The translations under genes and the position numbers were made by a program. DNA of 64,000 bases from Eledone cirrhosa (taxonomy: Eukaryota): the NCBI GenBank assembly GCA_964016885.1, contig OZ024758.1, positions 35,030,001 to 35,094,000 on the forward strand. Direction: 5' to 3'. This document shows positions 51,601-63,700 of the stretch, in pieces; the stretch's first letter is position 1, and every line of letters starts with the position of its first letter. The notes under the pieces were generated by a model. It ran no database searches and was not told the origin of the DNA. It saw nothing but the letters and a program-made list of their open reading frames with translations.

Positions 51601-54600
51601 TGGTACTAGCTGTCAGAAGTAACTCCACTGTTGGTGAGAATTCATTTAAGTTCATGGTATTAGCTGTCAGAAGTAACTCCACTGTTGGTGAGAATTCATT
51701 TAAGTCATGGTATTAGCTGTCAGAAGTAACTCCATTGTTGGTGAGAATTCATTTAAGTCATGGTACTAGCTGTCAGAAGTAACTCCACTGTTGGTGAGAA
51801 TTCATTTAAGTTCATGGTACTAGCTGTCAGAAGTAACTCCACTGTTGGTGAGAATTCATTTAAGTTCATGGTACTAGCTGTCAGAAGTAACTCCACTGTT
51901 GGTGAGAATTCATTTAAGTTCATGGTACTAGCTGTCAGAAGTAACTCCACTGTTGGTGAGAATTCATTTAAGTTCATGGTACTAGCTGTCAGAAGTAACT
52001 CCAATGTTGGTGAGAATTCATTTAAGTCAGGGTACTAGCTGTCAGAAGTAACTCCACTGTTGGTGAGAATTCATTTAAGTTCATGGTACTAGCTGTCAGA
52101 AGTAACTCCACTGTTGGTGAGAATTCATTTAAGTTCATGGTACCAGCTGTCAGAAGTAACTCCACTGTTGGTGAGAATTCATTTAAGTTCATGGTACTAG
52201 CTGTCAGAAATAACTCCACTGTTGGTGAGAATTCATTTAAGTTTATGGTACTAGCTGTCAGAAGTAACTCCAATGTTGGTGAGAATTCATTTAAGTTCAT
52301 GGTATTAGCTGTCAGAAGTAACTCCACTGTTGGTGAGAATTCATTTAAGTTCATGGTACTAGCTGTCAGAAGTAACTCCACTGTTGGTGAGAATTCATTT
52401 AAGTTCATGGTATTAGCTGTCAGAAGTAACTCCACTGTTGGTGAGAATTCATTTAAGTCATGGTATTAGCTGTCAGAAGTAACTCCATTGTTGGTGAGAA
52501 TTCATTTAAGTCATGGTACTAGCTGTCAGAAGTAACTCCACTGTTGGTGAGAATTCATTTAAGTTCATGGTACTAGCTGTCAGAAGTAACTCCACTGTTG
52601 GTGAGAATTCATTTAAGTTCATGGTACTAGCTGTCAGAAGTAACTCCAATGTTGGTGAGAATTCATTTAAGTTCATGGTATTAGCTGTCAGAAGGAACTC
52701 CACTGTTGGTGAGAATTCATTTAAGTTCATGGTATTAGCTGTCAGAAGTAACTCCACTGTTGGTGAGAATTCATTTAAGTTCATGGTACTAGCTGTCAGA
52801 AGTAACTCCAATGTTGGTGAGAATTCATTTAAGTTCATGGTATTAGCTGTCAGAAGTAACTACACTGTTGGTGAGAATTCATTTAAGTCATGGTATTAGC
52901 TGTCAGAAGTAACTCCAATGTTGGTGAGAATTCATTTAAGTTCATGGTATTAGCTGTCAGAAGTAACTCCACTGTTGGTGAGAATTTATTTAAGTTCAGG
53001 GTATTAGCTGTCAGAAGTAACTCCAATGTTGGTGAGATTTCATTTAAGTTCATGGTATTAGCTGTCAGAAGTAACTCCACTGTTGGTGAGAATTCATTTA
53101 AGTTCATGGTATTAGCTGTCAGAAGTAACTCCACTGTTGATGAGAATTCATTTAAGTTCATGGTACTAGCTGTCAGAAGTAACTCCACTGTTGGGGAGAA
53201 TTCATTTAAGTTCATGGTATTAGTTTGTCAGAAGTAACTCCACTGTTGGTGAGAATTCATTTAAGCCATGGTATTAGTTGTCAGAAGTAACTCCAATGTT
53301 GGTGAGAATTCATTTAAGTTCATGGTACTAGCTGTCAGAAGTAACTCCACTGTTGGTGAGAATTCATTTAAGTTCATGGTATTAGCTGTCAGAAGTAACT
53401 CCAATGTTGGTGAGAATTCATTTAAGTTCATGGTATTAGCTGTCAGAAGTAACTCCACTGTTGGTGAGAATTCATTTAAGTTCATGGTATTAGCTGTCAG
53501 AAGTAACTCCACTGTTGATGAGAATTCAATTAAGTTCATGGTACTAGCTGTCAGAAGTAACTCCACTGTTGGTGAGAATTCATTTAAGTTCATGGTATTA
53601 GTTTGTCAGAAGTAACTCCACTGTTGGTGAGAATTCATTTAAGTCATGGTATTAGTTGTCAGAAGTAACTCCAATGTTGGTGAGAATTCATTTAAGTTCA
53701 TGGTACTAGCTGTCAGAAGTAACTCCACTGTTGGTGAGAATTCATTTAAGTTCATGGTATTAGCTGTCAGAAGTAACTCCACTGTTGGTGAGAATTCATT
53801 TAAGTCATGGTATTAGCTGTCAGAAGTAACTCCATTATTGGTGAGAATTCATTTAAGTCATGGTACTAGCTGTCAGAAGTAACTCCACTGTTGGTGAGAA
53901 TTCATTTAAGTTCATGGTACTAGCTGTCAGAAGTAACTCCACTGTTGGTGAGAATTCATTTAAGTTCATTGTATTAGCTGTCAGAAGTAACTCCACTGTT
54001 GGTGAGAATTCATTTAAGTTCATGGTATTAGCTGTCAGAAGGAACTCCAATGTTGGTGAGAAATCATTTAAGTCATGGTACTAGCTGTCAGAAGTAACTT
54101 CACTGTTGGTGAGAATTCATTTAAGTTCATGGTATTAGCTGTCAGAAGGAACGCCACTGTTGGTGAGAATTCATTTAAGTTCATGGTATTAGCTGTCAGA
54201 AGTAACTCCACTGTTGGTGAGAATTTATTTAAGTTCATGGTACTAGCTGTCAGAAGTAACTCCACTGTTGGTGAGAATTCATTTAAGTTCATGGTACTAG
54301 CTGTCAGAAGTAACTCCAATGTTGGTGAGAATTCATTTAAGTTCATGGTATTAGCTGTCAGAAGTAACTCCACTGTTGGTGAGAATTCATTTAAGTTCAT
54401 GGTACTAGCTGCCAGAAGTAACTCCACTGTTGGTGAGAATTCATTTAAGTTCATGGTATTAGCTGTCAGAAGTCACTCCAATGTTGGTGAGAATTCAATT
54501 AAGTTCATGGTATTAGCTGTCAGAAGTCACTCCACTGTTGGTGAGAATTCATTTAAGTTCATGGTACTAGCTGTCAGAAGTAACCCCAATGTTGGTGAGA

Positions 54601-54769
54601 ATTCATTTAAGTTCATGGTATTAGCTGTCAGAAGTCACTCCAATGTTGGTGAGCATTCATTTAAGTTCATGGTATTAGCTGTCAGAAGTAACTCCACTGT
54701 TGGTGAGAATTCATTTAAGTTCATGGTATTAGCTGTCAGAAGGAACTCCAATGTTGGTGAGAATTCATT

Positions 54770-57700
54770 TAAGTCATGGTACTAGCTGTCAGAAGTAACT
54801 CCACTGTTGGTGAGAATTCATTTAAGTTCATGGTATTAGCTGTCAGAAGGAACGCCACTGTTGGTGAGAATTCATTTAAGCTCATGGTATTAGCTGTCAG
54901 AAGTAACTCCACTGTTGGTGAGAATTCATTTAAGTTCATGGTACTAGCTGTCAGAAGTAACTCCAATGTTGGTGAGAATTCATTTAAGTTCATGGTATTA
55001 GCTGTCAGAAGGAACTCCACTGTTGGTGAGAATTCATTTAAGTTCATGGTATTAGCTGTCAGAAGTAACTCCACTGTTGGTGAGAATTCATTTAAGTTCA
55101 TGGTACTAGTTGTCAGAAGTAACTCCACTGTTGGTGAGAATACATTTAAGTTCATGGTATTAGTTGTCAGAAGTAACTCCACTGTTGGTGAGAATTCATT
55201 TAAGTCATGGTATTAGTTGTCAGAAGTAACTCCAATGTTGGTGAGAATTCATTTAAGTTCATGGTACTAGCTGTCAGAAGTAACTCCACTGTTGGTGAGA
55301 ATTCATTTAAGTTCATGGTATTAGCTGTCAGAAGTAACTCCAATGTTGGTGAGAATTCATTTAAGTTCATGGTATTAGCTGTCAGAAGGAACTCCACTGT
55401 TGGTGAGAATTCATTTAAGTTCATGGTATTAGCTGTCAGAAGGAACTCCAATGTTGGTGAGAATTCATTTAAGTCATGGTACTAGCTGTCAGAAGTAACT
55501 CCACTGTTGGTGAGAATTCATTTAAGTTCATGGTATTAGCTGTCAGAAGGAACGCCACTGTTGGTGAGAATTCATTTAAGTTCATGGTATTAGCTGTCAG
55601 AAGTAACTCCACTGTTGGTGAGAATTCATTTAAGTTCATGGTACTAGCTGTCAGAAGTAACTCCAATGTTGGTGAGAATTCATTTAAGTTCATGGTATTA
55701 GCTGTCAGAAGGAACTCCACTGTTGGTGAGAATTCATTTAAGTTCATGGTATTAGCTGTCAGAAGTAACTCCACTGTTGGTGAGAATTCATTTAAGTTCA
55801 TGGTACTAGTTGTCAGAAGTAACTCCACTGTTGGTGAGAATACATTTAAGTTCATGGTATTAGTTGTCAGAAGTAACTCCACTGTTGGTGAGAATTCATT
55901 TAAGTCATGGTATTAGTTGTCAGAAGTAACTCCAATGTTGGTGAGAATTCATTTTAGTCATGGTACTAGCTGTCAGAAGTAACTCCACTGTTGGTGAGAA
56001 TTCATTTAAGTTCATGGTATTAGTTTGTCAGAAGTAACTCCACTGTTGGTGAGAATTCATTTAAGTCATGGTATTAGTTGTCAGAAGTAACTCCAATGTT
56101 GGTGAGAATTCATTTAAGTCATGGTACTAGCTGTCAGAAGTAACTCCAATGTTGGTGAGAATTCATTTAAGTTCACGGTATTAGCTGTCAGAAGGAACTC
56201 CACTGTTGGTGAGAATTCATTTAAGTTCATGGTATTAGCTGTCAGAAGTAACTCCACTGTTGGTGAGCATTCATTTAAGTTCATGGTATTAGCTGTCAGA
56301 AGTAACTCCACTGTTGGTGAGAATTCATTTAAGTTCATGGTATTAGCTGTCAGAAGGAACTCCAATGTTGGTGAGAATTCATTTAAGTCATGGTACTAGC
56401 TGTCAGAAGTAACTCCACTGTTGGTGAGAATTCATTTAAGTTCATGGTATTAGCTGTCAGAAGGAACGCCACTGTTGGTGAGAATTCATTTAAGTTCATG
56501 GTATTAGCTGTCAGAAGTAACTCCACTGTTGGTGAGAATTCATTTAAGTTCATGGTACTAGCTGTCAGAACTAAATCCAATGTTGGTGAGAATTCATTTA
56601 AGTTCATGGTATTAGCTGTCAGAAGGAACTCCACTGTTGGTGAGAATTCATTTAAGTCCATGGTATTAGCTGTCAGAAGTAACTCCACTGTTGGTGAGAA
56701 TTCATTTAAGTTCATGGTACTAGTTGTCAGAAGTAACTCCACTGTTGGTGAGAATACATTTAAGTTCATGGTATTAGTTGTCAGAAGTAACTCCACTGTT
56801 GGTGAGAATTCATTTAAGTCATGGTATTAGTTGTCAGAAGTAACTCCAATGTTGGTGAGAATTCATTTAAGTTCATGGTACTAGCTGTCAGAAGTAACTC
56901 CACTGTTGGTGAGAATTCATTTAAGTTCATGGTATTAGCTGTCAGAAGTAACTCCACTGTTTGTGAGAATTCATTTAAGTCATGGTATTAGCTGTCAGAA
57001 GTAACTCCATTGTTGGTGAGAATTCATTTTAGTCATGGTACTAGCTGTCAGAAGTAACTCCACTGTTGGTGAGAATTCATTTAAGTTCATGGTATTAGTT
57101 TGTCAGAAGTAACTCCACTGTTGGTGAGAATTCATTTAAGTCATGGTATTAGTTGTCAGAAGTAACTCCAATGTTGGTGAGAATTCATTTAAGTCATGGT
57201 ACTAGCTGTCAGAAGTAACTCCAATGTTGGTGAGAATTCATTTAAGTTCACGGTATTAGCTGTCAGAAGGAACTCCACTGTTGGTGAGAATTCATTTAGG
57301 TTCATGGTATTAGCTGTCAGAAGTAACTCCACTGTTGGTGAGAATTCATTTAAGTTCATGGTACTAGCTGTCAGAAATAACTCCAATGTTGGTGAGAATT
57401 CATTTAAGTTCATGGTATTAGCTGTCAGAAGTAACTCCACTGTTGGTGAGAATTCATTTAAGTCATGGTTTTAGCTGTCAGAAGTAACTCCAATGTTGGT
57501 GAGAATTCATTTAAGTTCATGGTATTAGCTGTCAGAAGTAACTCCACTGTTGGTGAGAATTCATTTAAGTTCATGGTACTAGCTGTCAGAAGTAACTCCA
57601 CTGTTGGTGAGAATTCATTTAAGTTCATGGTATTAGTTTGTCAGAAGTAACTCCACTGTTGGTGAGAATTCATTTAAGTTCATGGTATTAGCTGTCAGAA

Positions 57701-60700
57701 GGAACGCCACTGTTGGTGAGAATTCATTTAAGTTCATGGTATTAGCTGTCAGAAGTAACTCTACTGTTGGTGAGAATTCATTTAAGTTCATGGTACTAGC
57801 TGTCAGAAGTAACTCCAATGTTGGTGAGAATTCATTTAAGTCATGGTACTAGCTGTCAGAAGTAACTCCACTGTTGGTGAGAATTCATTTAAGTTCATGG
57901 TATTAGCTGTCAGAAGGAACGCCACTGTTGGTGAGAATTCATTTAAGTTCATGGTATTAGCTGTCAGAAGTAACTCCACTGTTGGTGAGAATTCATTTAA
58001 GTTCATGGTACTAGCTGTCAGAAGTAACTCCAATGTTGGTGAGAATTCATTTAAGTTCATGGTATTAGCTGTCAGAAGGAACTCCACTGTTGGTGAGAAT
58101 TCATTTAAGTTCATGGTATTAGCTGTCAGAAGTAACTCCACTGTTGGTGAGAATTCATTTAAGTTCATGGTACTAGTTGTCAGAAGTAACTCCACTGTTG
58201 GTGAGAATACATTTAAGTTCATGGTATTAGTTGTCAGAAGTAACTCCACTGTTGGTGAGAATTCATTTAAGTCATGGTATTAGTTGTCAGAAGTAACTCC
58301 AATGTTGGTGAGAATTCATTTAAGTTCATGGTACTAGCTGTCAGAAGTAACTCCACTGTTGGTGAGAATTCATTTAAGTTCATGGTATTAGCTGTCAGAA
58401 GTAACTCCACTGTTTGTGAGAATTCATTTAAGTCATGGTATTAGCTGTCAGAAGTAACTCCATTGTTGGTGAGAATTCATTTAAGTCATGGTACTAGCTG
58501 TCAGAAGTAACTCCACTGTTGGTGAGAATTCATTTAAGTTCATGGTATTAGTTTGTCAGAAGTAACTCCACTGTTGGTGAGAATTCATTTAAGTCATGGT
58601 ATTAGTTGTCAGAAGTAACTCCAATGTTGGTGAGAATTCATTTAAGTCATGGTACTAGCTGTCAGAAGTAACTCCAATGTTGGTGAGAATTCATTTAAGT
58701 TCACGGTATTAGCTGTCAGAAGGAACTCCACTGTCGGTGAGAATTCATTTAAGTTCATGGTATTAGCTGTCAGAAGTAACTCCACTGTTGGTGAGAATTC
58801 ATTTAAGTTCATGGTACTAGCTGTCAGAAATAACTCCAATGTTGGTGAGAATTCATTTAAGTTCATGGTATTAGCTGTCAGAAGTAACTCCACTGTTGGT
58901 GAGAATTCATTTAAGTCATGGTTTTAGCTGTCAGAAGTAACTCCAATGTTGGTGAGAATTCATTTAAGTTCATGGTATTAGCTGTCAGAAGTAACTCCAC
59001 TGTTGGTGAGAATTCATTTACGTTCATGGTACTAGCTGTCAGAAGTAACTCCACTGTTGGTGAGAATTCATTTAAGTTCATGGTATTAGTTTGTCAGAAG
59101 TAACTCCACTGTTGGTGAGAATTCATTTAAGTTCATGGTATTAGCTGTCAGAAGGAACGCCACTGTTGGTGAGAATTCATTTAAGTTCATGGTATTAGCT
59201 GTCAGAAGTAACTCCACTGTTGGTGAGAATTCATTTAAGTTCATGGTACTAGCTGTCAGAAGTAACTCCAATGTTGGTGAGAATTCATTTAAGTTCATGG
59301 TATTAGCTGTCAGAAGTAACTCCACTGTTGGTGAGAATTCATTTAAGTTCAGGGTATTAGCTGTCAGAAGTAACTCCAATGTTGGTGAGAATTCATTTAA
59401 GTTCATGGTATTAGCTGTCAGAAGTAACTCCACTGTTGGTGAGAATTCATTTAAGTTCATGGTATTAGCTGTCAGAAGTAACTCCACTGTTGATGAGAAT
59501 TCATTTAAGTTCATGGTACTAGCTGTCAGAAGTAACTCCACTGTTGGTGAGAATTCATTTAAGTTCATGGTATTAGCTGTCAGAAGTAACTCCACTGTTG
59601 GTGAGAATTCATTTAAGTTCATGGTATTAGCTGTCAGAAGTAACTCCACTGTTGGTGAGAATTCATTTAAGTTCAGGTTATTAGCTGTCAGAAGTAACTC
59701 CAATGTTGGTGAGAATTCATTTAAGTTCATGGTATTAGCTGTCAGAAGTAACTCCACTGTTGGTGAGAATTCATTTAAGTTCATGGTATTAGCTGTCAGA
59801 AGTAACTCCACTGTTGATGAGAATTCATTTAAGTTCATGGTACTAGCTGTCAGAAGTAACTCCACTGTTGGTGAGAATTCATTTAAGTTCATGGTATTAG
59901 TTTGTCAGAAGTAACTCCACTGTTGGTGAGAATTCATTTAAGTCATGGTATTAGTTGTCAGAAGTAACTCCAATGTTGGTGAGAATTCATTTAAGTTCAT
60001 GGTACTAGCTGTCAGAAGTAACTCCACTGTTGGTGAGAATTCATTTAAGTTCATGGTATTAGCTGTCAGAAGTAACTCCAATGTTGGTGAGAATTCATTT
60101 AAGTTCATGGTATTAGCTGTCAGAAGTAACTCCACTGTTGGTGAGAATTCATTTAAGTTCATGGTATTAGCTGTCAGAAGTAACTCCACTGTTGATGAGA
60201 ATTCATTTAAGTTCATGGTACTAGCTGTCAGAAGTAACTCCACTGTTGGTGAGAATTCATTTAAGTTCATGGTATTAGTTTGTCAGAAGTAACTCCACTG
60301 TTGGTGAGAATTCATTTAAGTCATGGTATTAGTTGTCAGAAGTAACTCCAATGTTGGTGAGAATTCACTTAAGTTCATGGTATTAGCTGTCAGAAGTAAC
60401 TCCAATGTTGGTGAGAATTCATTTAAGTTCATGGTACTAGCTGTCAGAAGTAACTCCAATGTTGGTGAGAATTCATTTAAGTTCATGGTATTAGCTGTCA
60501 GAAGGAACTCCACTGTTGGTGAGAATTCATTTAAGTTCATGGTATTAGCTGTCAGAAGTAACTCCACTGTTGGTGAGAAGTCATTTAAGTTCATGGTACT
60601 AGTTGTCAGAAGTAACTCCACTGTTGGTGAGAATACATTTAAGTTCATGGTATTAGTTGTCAGAAGTAACTCCACTGTTGGTGAGAATTCATTTAAGTCA

Positions 60701-63700
60701 TGGTATTAGTTGTCAGAAGTAACTCCAATGTTGGTGAGAATTCATTTAAGTTCATGGTACTAGCTGTCAGAAGTAACTCCACTGTTGGTGAGAATTCATT
60801 TAAGTTCATGGTATTAGCTGTCAGAAGTAACTCCACTGTTTGTGAGAATTCATTTAAGTCATGGTATTAGCTGTCAGAAGTAACTCCATTGTTGGTGAGA
60901 ATTCATTTAAGTCATGGTACTAGCTGTCAGAAGTAACTCCACTGTTGGTGAGAATTCATTTAAGTTCATGGTATTAGTTTGTCAGAAGTAACTCCACTGT
61001 TGGTGAGAATTCATTTAAGTCATGGTATTAGTTGTCAGAAGTAACTCCAATGTTGGTGAGAATTCATTTAAGTCATGGTACTAGCTGTCAGAAGTAACTC
61101 CAATGTTGGTGAGAATTCATTTAAGTTCACGGTATTAGCTGTCAGAAGGAACTCCACTGTTGGTGAGAATTCATTTAAGTTCATGGTACTAGCTGTCAGA
61201 AGTAACTCCAATGTTGGTGAGAATTCATTTAAGTCATGGTACTAGCTGTCAGAAGTAACTCCACTGTTGGTGAGAATTCATTTAAGTTCATGGTATTAGC
61301 TGCCAGAAGGAACGCCACTGTTGGTGAGAATTCATTTAAGTTCATGGTATTAGCTGTCAGAAGTAACTCCACTGTTGGTGAGAATTCATTTAAGTTCATG
61401 GTACTAGCTGTCAGAAGTAACTCCAATGTTGGTGAGAATTCATTTAAGTTCATGGTATTAGCTGTCAGAAGGAACTCCACTGTTGGTGAGAATTCATTTA
61501 AGTCATGGTATTAGTTGTCAGAAGTAACTCCAATGTTGGTGAGAATTCATTTGAGTCATGGTACTAGCTGTCAGAAGTAACTCCAATGTTGGTGAGAATT
61601 CATTTAAGTTCACGGTATTAGCTGTCAGAAGGAACTCCACTGTTGGTGAGAATTCATTTAAGTTCATGGTATTAGCTGTCAGAAGTAACTCCACTGTTGG
61701 TGAGAATTCATTTAAGTTCATGGTACTAGCTGTCAGAAATAACTCCAATGTTGGTGAGAATTCATTTAAGTTCATGGTATTAGCTGTCAGAAGTAACTCC
61801 ACTGTTGGTGAGAATTCATTTAAGTCATGGTTTTAGCTGTCAGAAGTAACTCCAATGTTGGTGAGAATTCATTTAAGTTCATGGTATTAGCTGTCAGAAG
61901 TAACTCCACTGTTGGTGAGAATTCATTTAAGTTCATGGTACTAGCTGTCAGAAGTAACCCCAATGTTGGTGAGAATTCATTTAAGTTCATGGTATTAGCT
62001 GTCAGAAGTCACTCCAATGTTGGTGAGAATTCATTTAAGTTCATGGTATTAGCTGTCAGAAGTAACTCCACTGTTGGTGAGAATTCATTTAAGTTCATGG
62101 TATTAGCTGTCAGAAGTAACTCCACTGTTGGTGAGCATTCATTTAAGTTCATGGTATTAGCTGTCAGAAGTAACTCCACTGTTGGTGAGAATTCATTTAA
62201 GTTCATGGTATTAGCTGTCAGAAGGAACTCCAATGTTGGTGAGAATTCATTTAAGTCATGGTACTAGCTGTCAGAAGTAACTCCACTGTTGGTGAGAATT
62301 CATTTAAGTTCATGGTATTAGCTGTCAGAAGGAACGCCACTGTTGGTGAGAATTCATTTAAGTTCATGGTATTAGCTGTCAGAAGTAACTCCACTGTTGG
62401 TGAGAATTCATTTAAGTTCATGGTACTAGCTGTCAGAAGTAACTCCAATGTTGGTGAGAATTCATTTAAGTTCATGGTATTAGCTGTCAGAAGGAACTCC
62501 ACTGTTGGTGAGAATTCATTTAAGTTCATGGTATTAGCTGTCAGAAGTAACTCCACTGTTGGTGAGAATTCATTTAAGTTCATGGTACTAGTTGTCAGAA
62601 GTAACTCCACTGTTGGTGAGAATACATTTAAGTTCATGGTATTAGTTGTCAGAAGTAACTCCACTGTTGGTGAGAATTCATTTAAGTCATGGTATTAGTT
62701 GTCAGAAGTAACTCCAATGTTGGTGAGAATTCATTTTAGTCATGGTACTAGCTGTCAGAAGTAACTCCACTGTTGGTGAGAATTCATTTAAGTTCATGGT
62801 ATTAGTTTGTCAGAAGTAACTCCACTGTTGGTGAGAATTCATTTAAGTCATGGTATTAGTTGTCAGAAGTAACTCCAATGTTGGTGAGAATTCATTTAAG
62901 TCATGGTACTAGCTGTCAGAAGTAACTCCAATGTTGGTGAGAATTCATTTAAGTTCACGGTATTAGCTGTCAGAAGGAACTCCACTGTTGGTGAGAATTC
63001 ATTTAAGTTCATGGTATTAGCTGTCAGAAGTAACTCCACTGTTGGTGAGCATTCATTTAAGTTCATGGTATTAGCTGTCAGAAGTAACTCCACTGTTGGT
63101 GAGAATTCATTTAAGTTCATGGTATTAGCTGTCAGAAGGAACTCCAATGTTGGTGAGAATTCATTTAAGTCATGGTACTAGCTGTCAGAAGTAACTCCAC
63201 TGTTGGTGAGAATTCATTTAAGTTCATGGTATTAGCTGTCAGAAGGAACGCCACTGTTGGTGAGAATTCATTTAAGTTCATGGTATTAGCTGTCAGAAGT
63301 AACTCCACTGTTGGTGAGAATTCATTTAAGTTCATGGTACTAGCTGTCAGAAGTAACTCCACTGTTGGTGAGAATTCATTTAAGTTCATGGTATTAGCTG
63401 TCAGAAGTAACTCCACTGTTGGTGAGAATTCATTTAAGTTCATGGTACTAGCTGTCAGAAGTAACTCCAATGTTGGTGAGAATTCATTTAAGTTCATGGT
63501 ATTAGCTGTCAGAAGGAACTCCACTGTTGGTGAGAATTCATTTAAGTTCATGGTATTAGCTGTCAGAAGTAACTCCACTGTTGGTGAGAAGTCATTTAAG
63601 TTCATGGTACTAGTTGTCAGAAGTAACTCCACTGTTGGTGAGAATACATTTAAGTTCATGGTATTAGTTGTCAGAAGTAACTCCACTGTTGGTGAGAATT

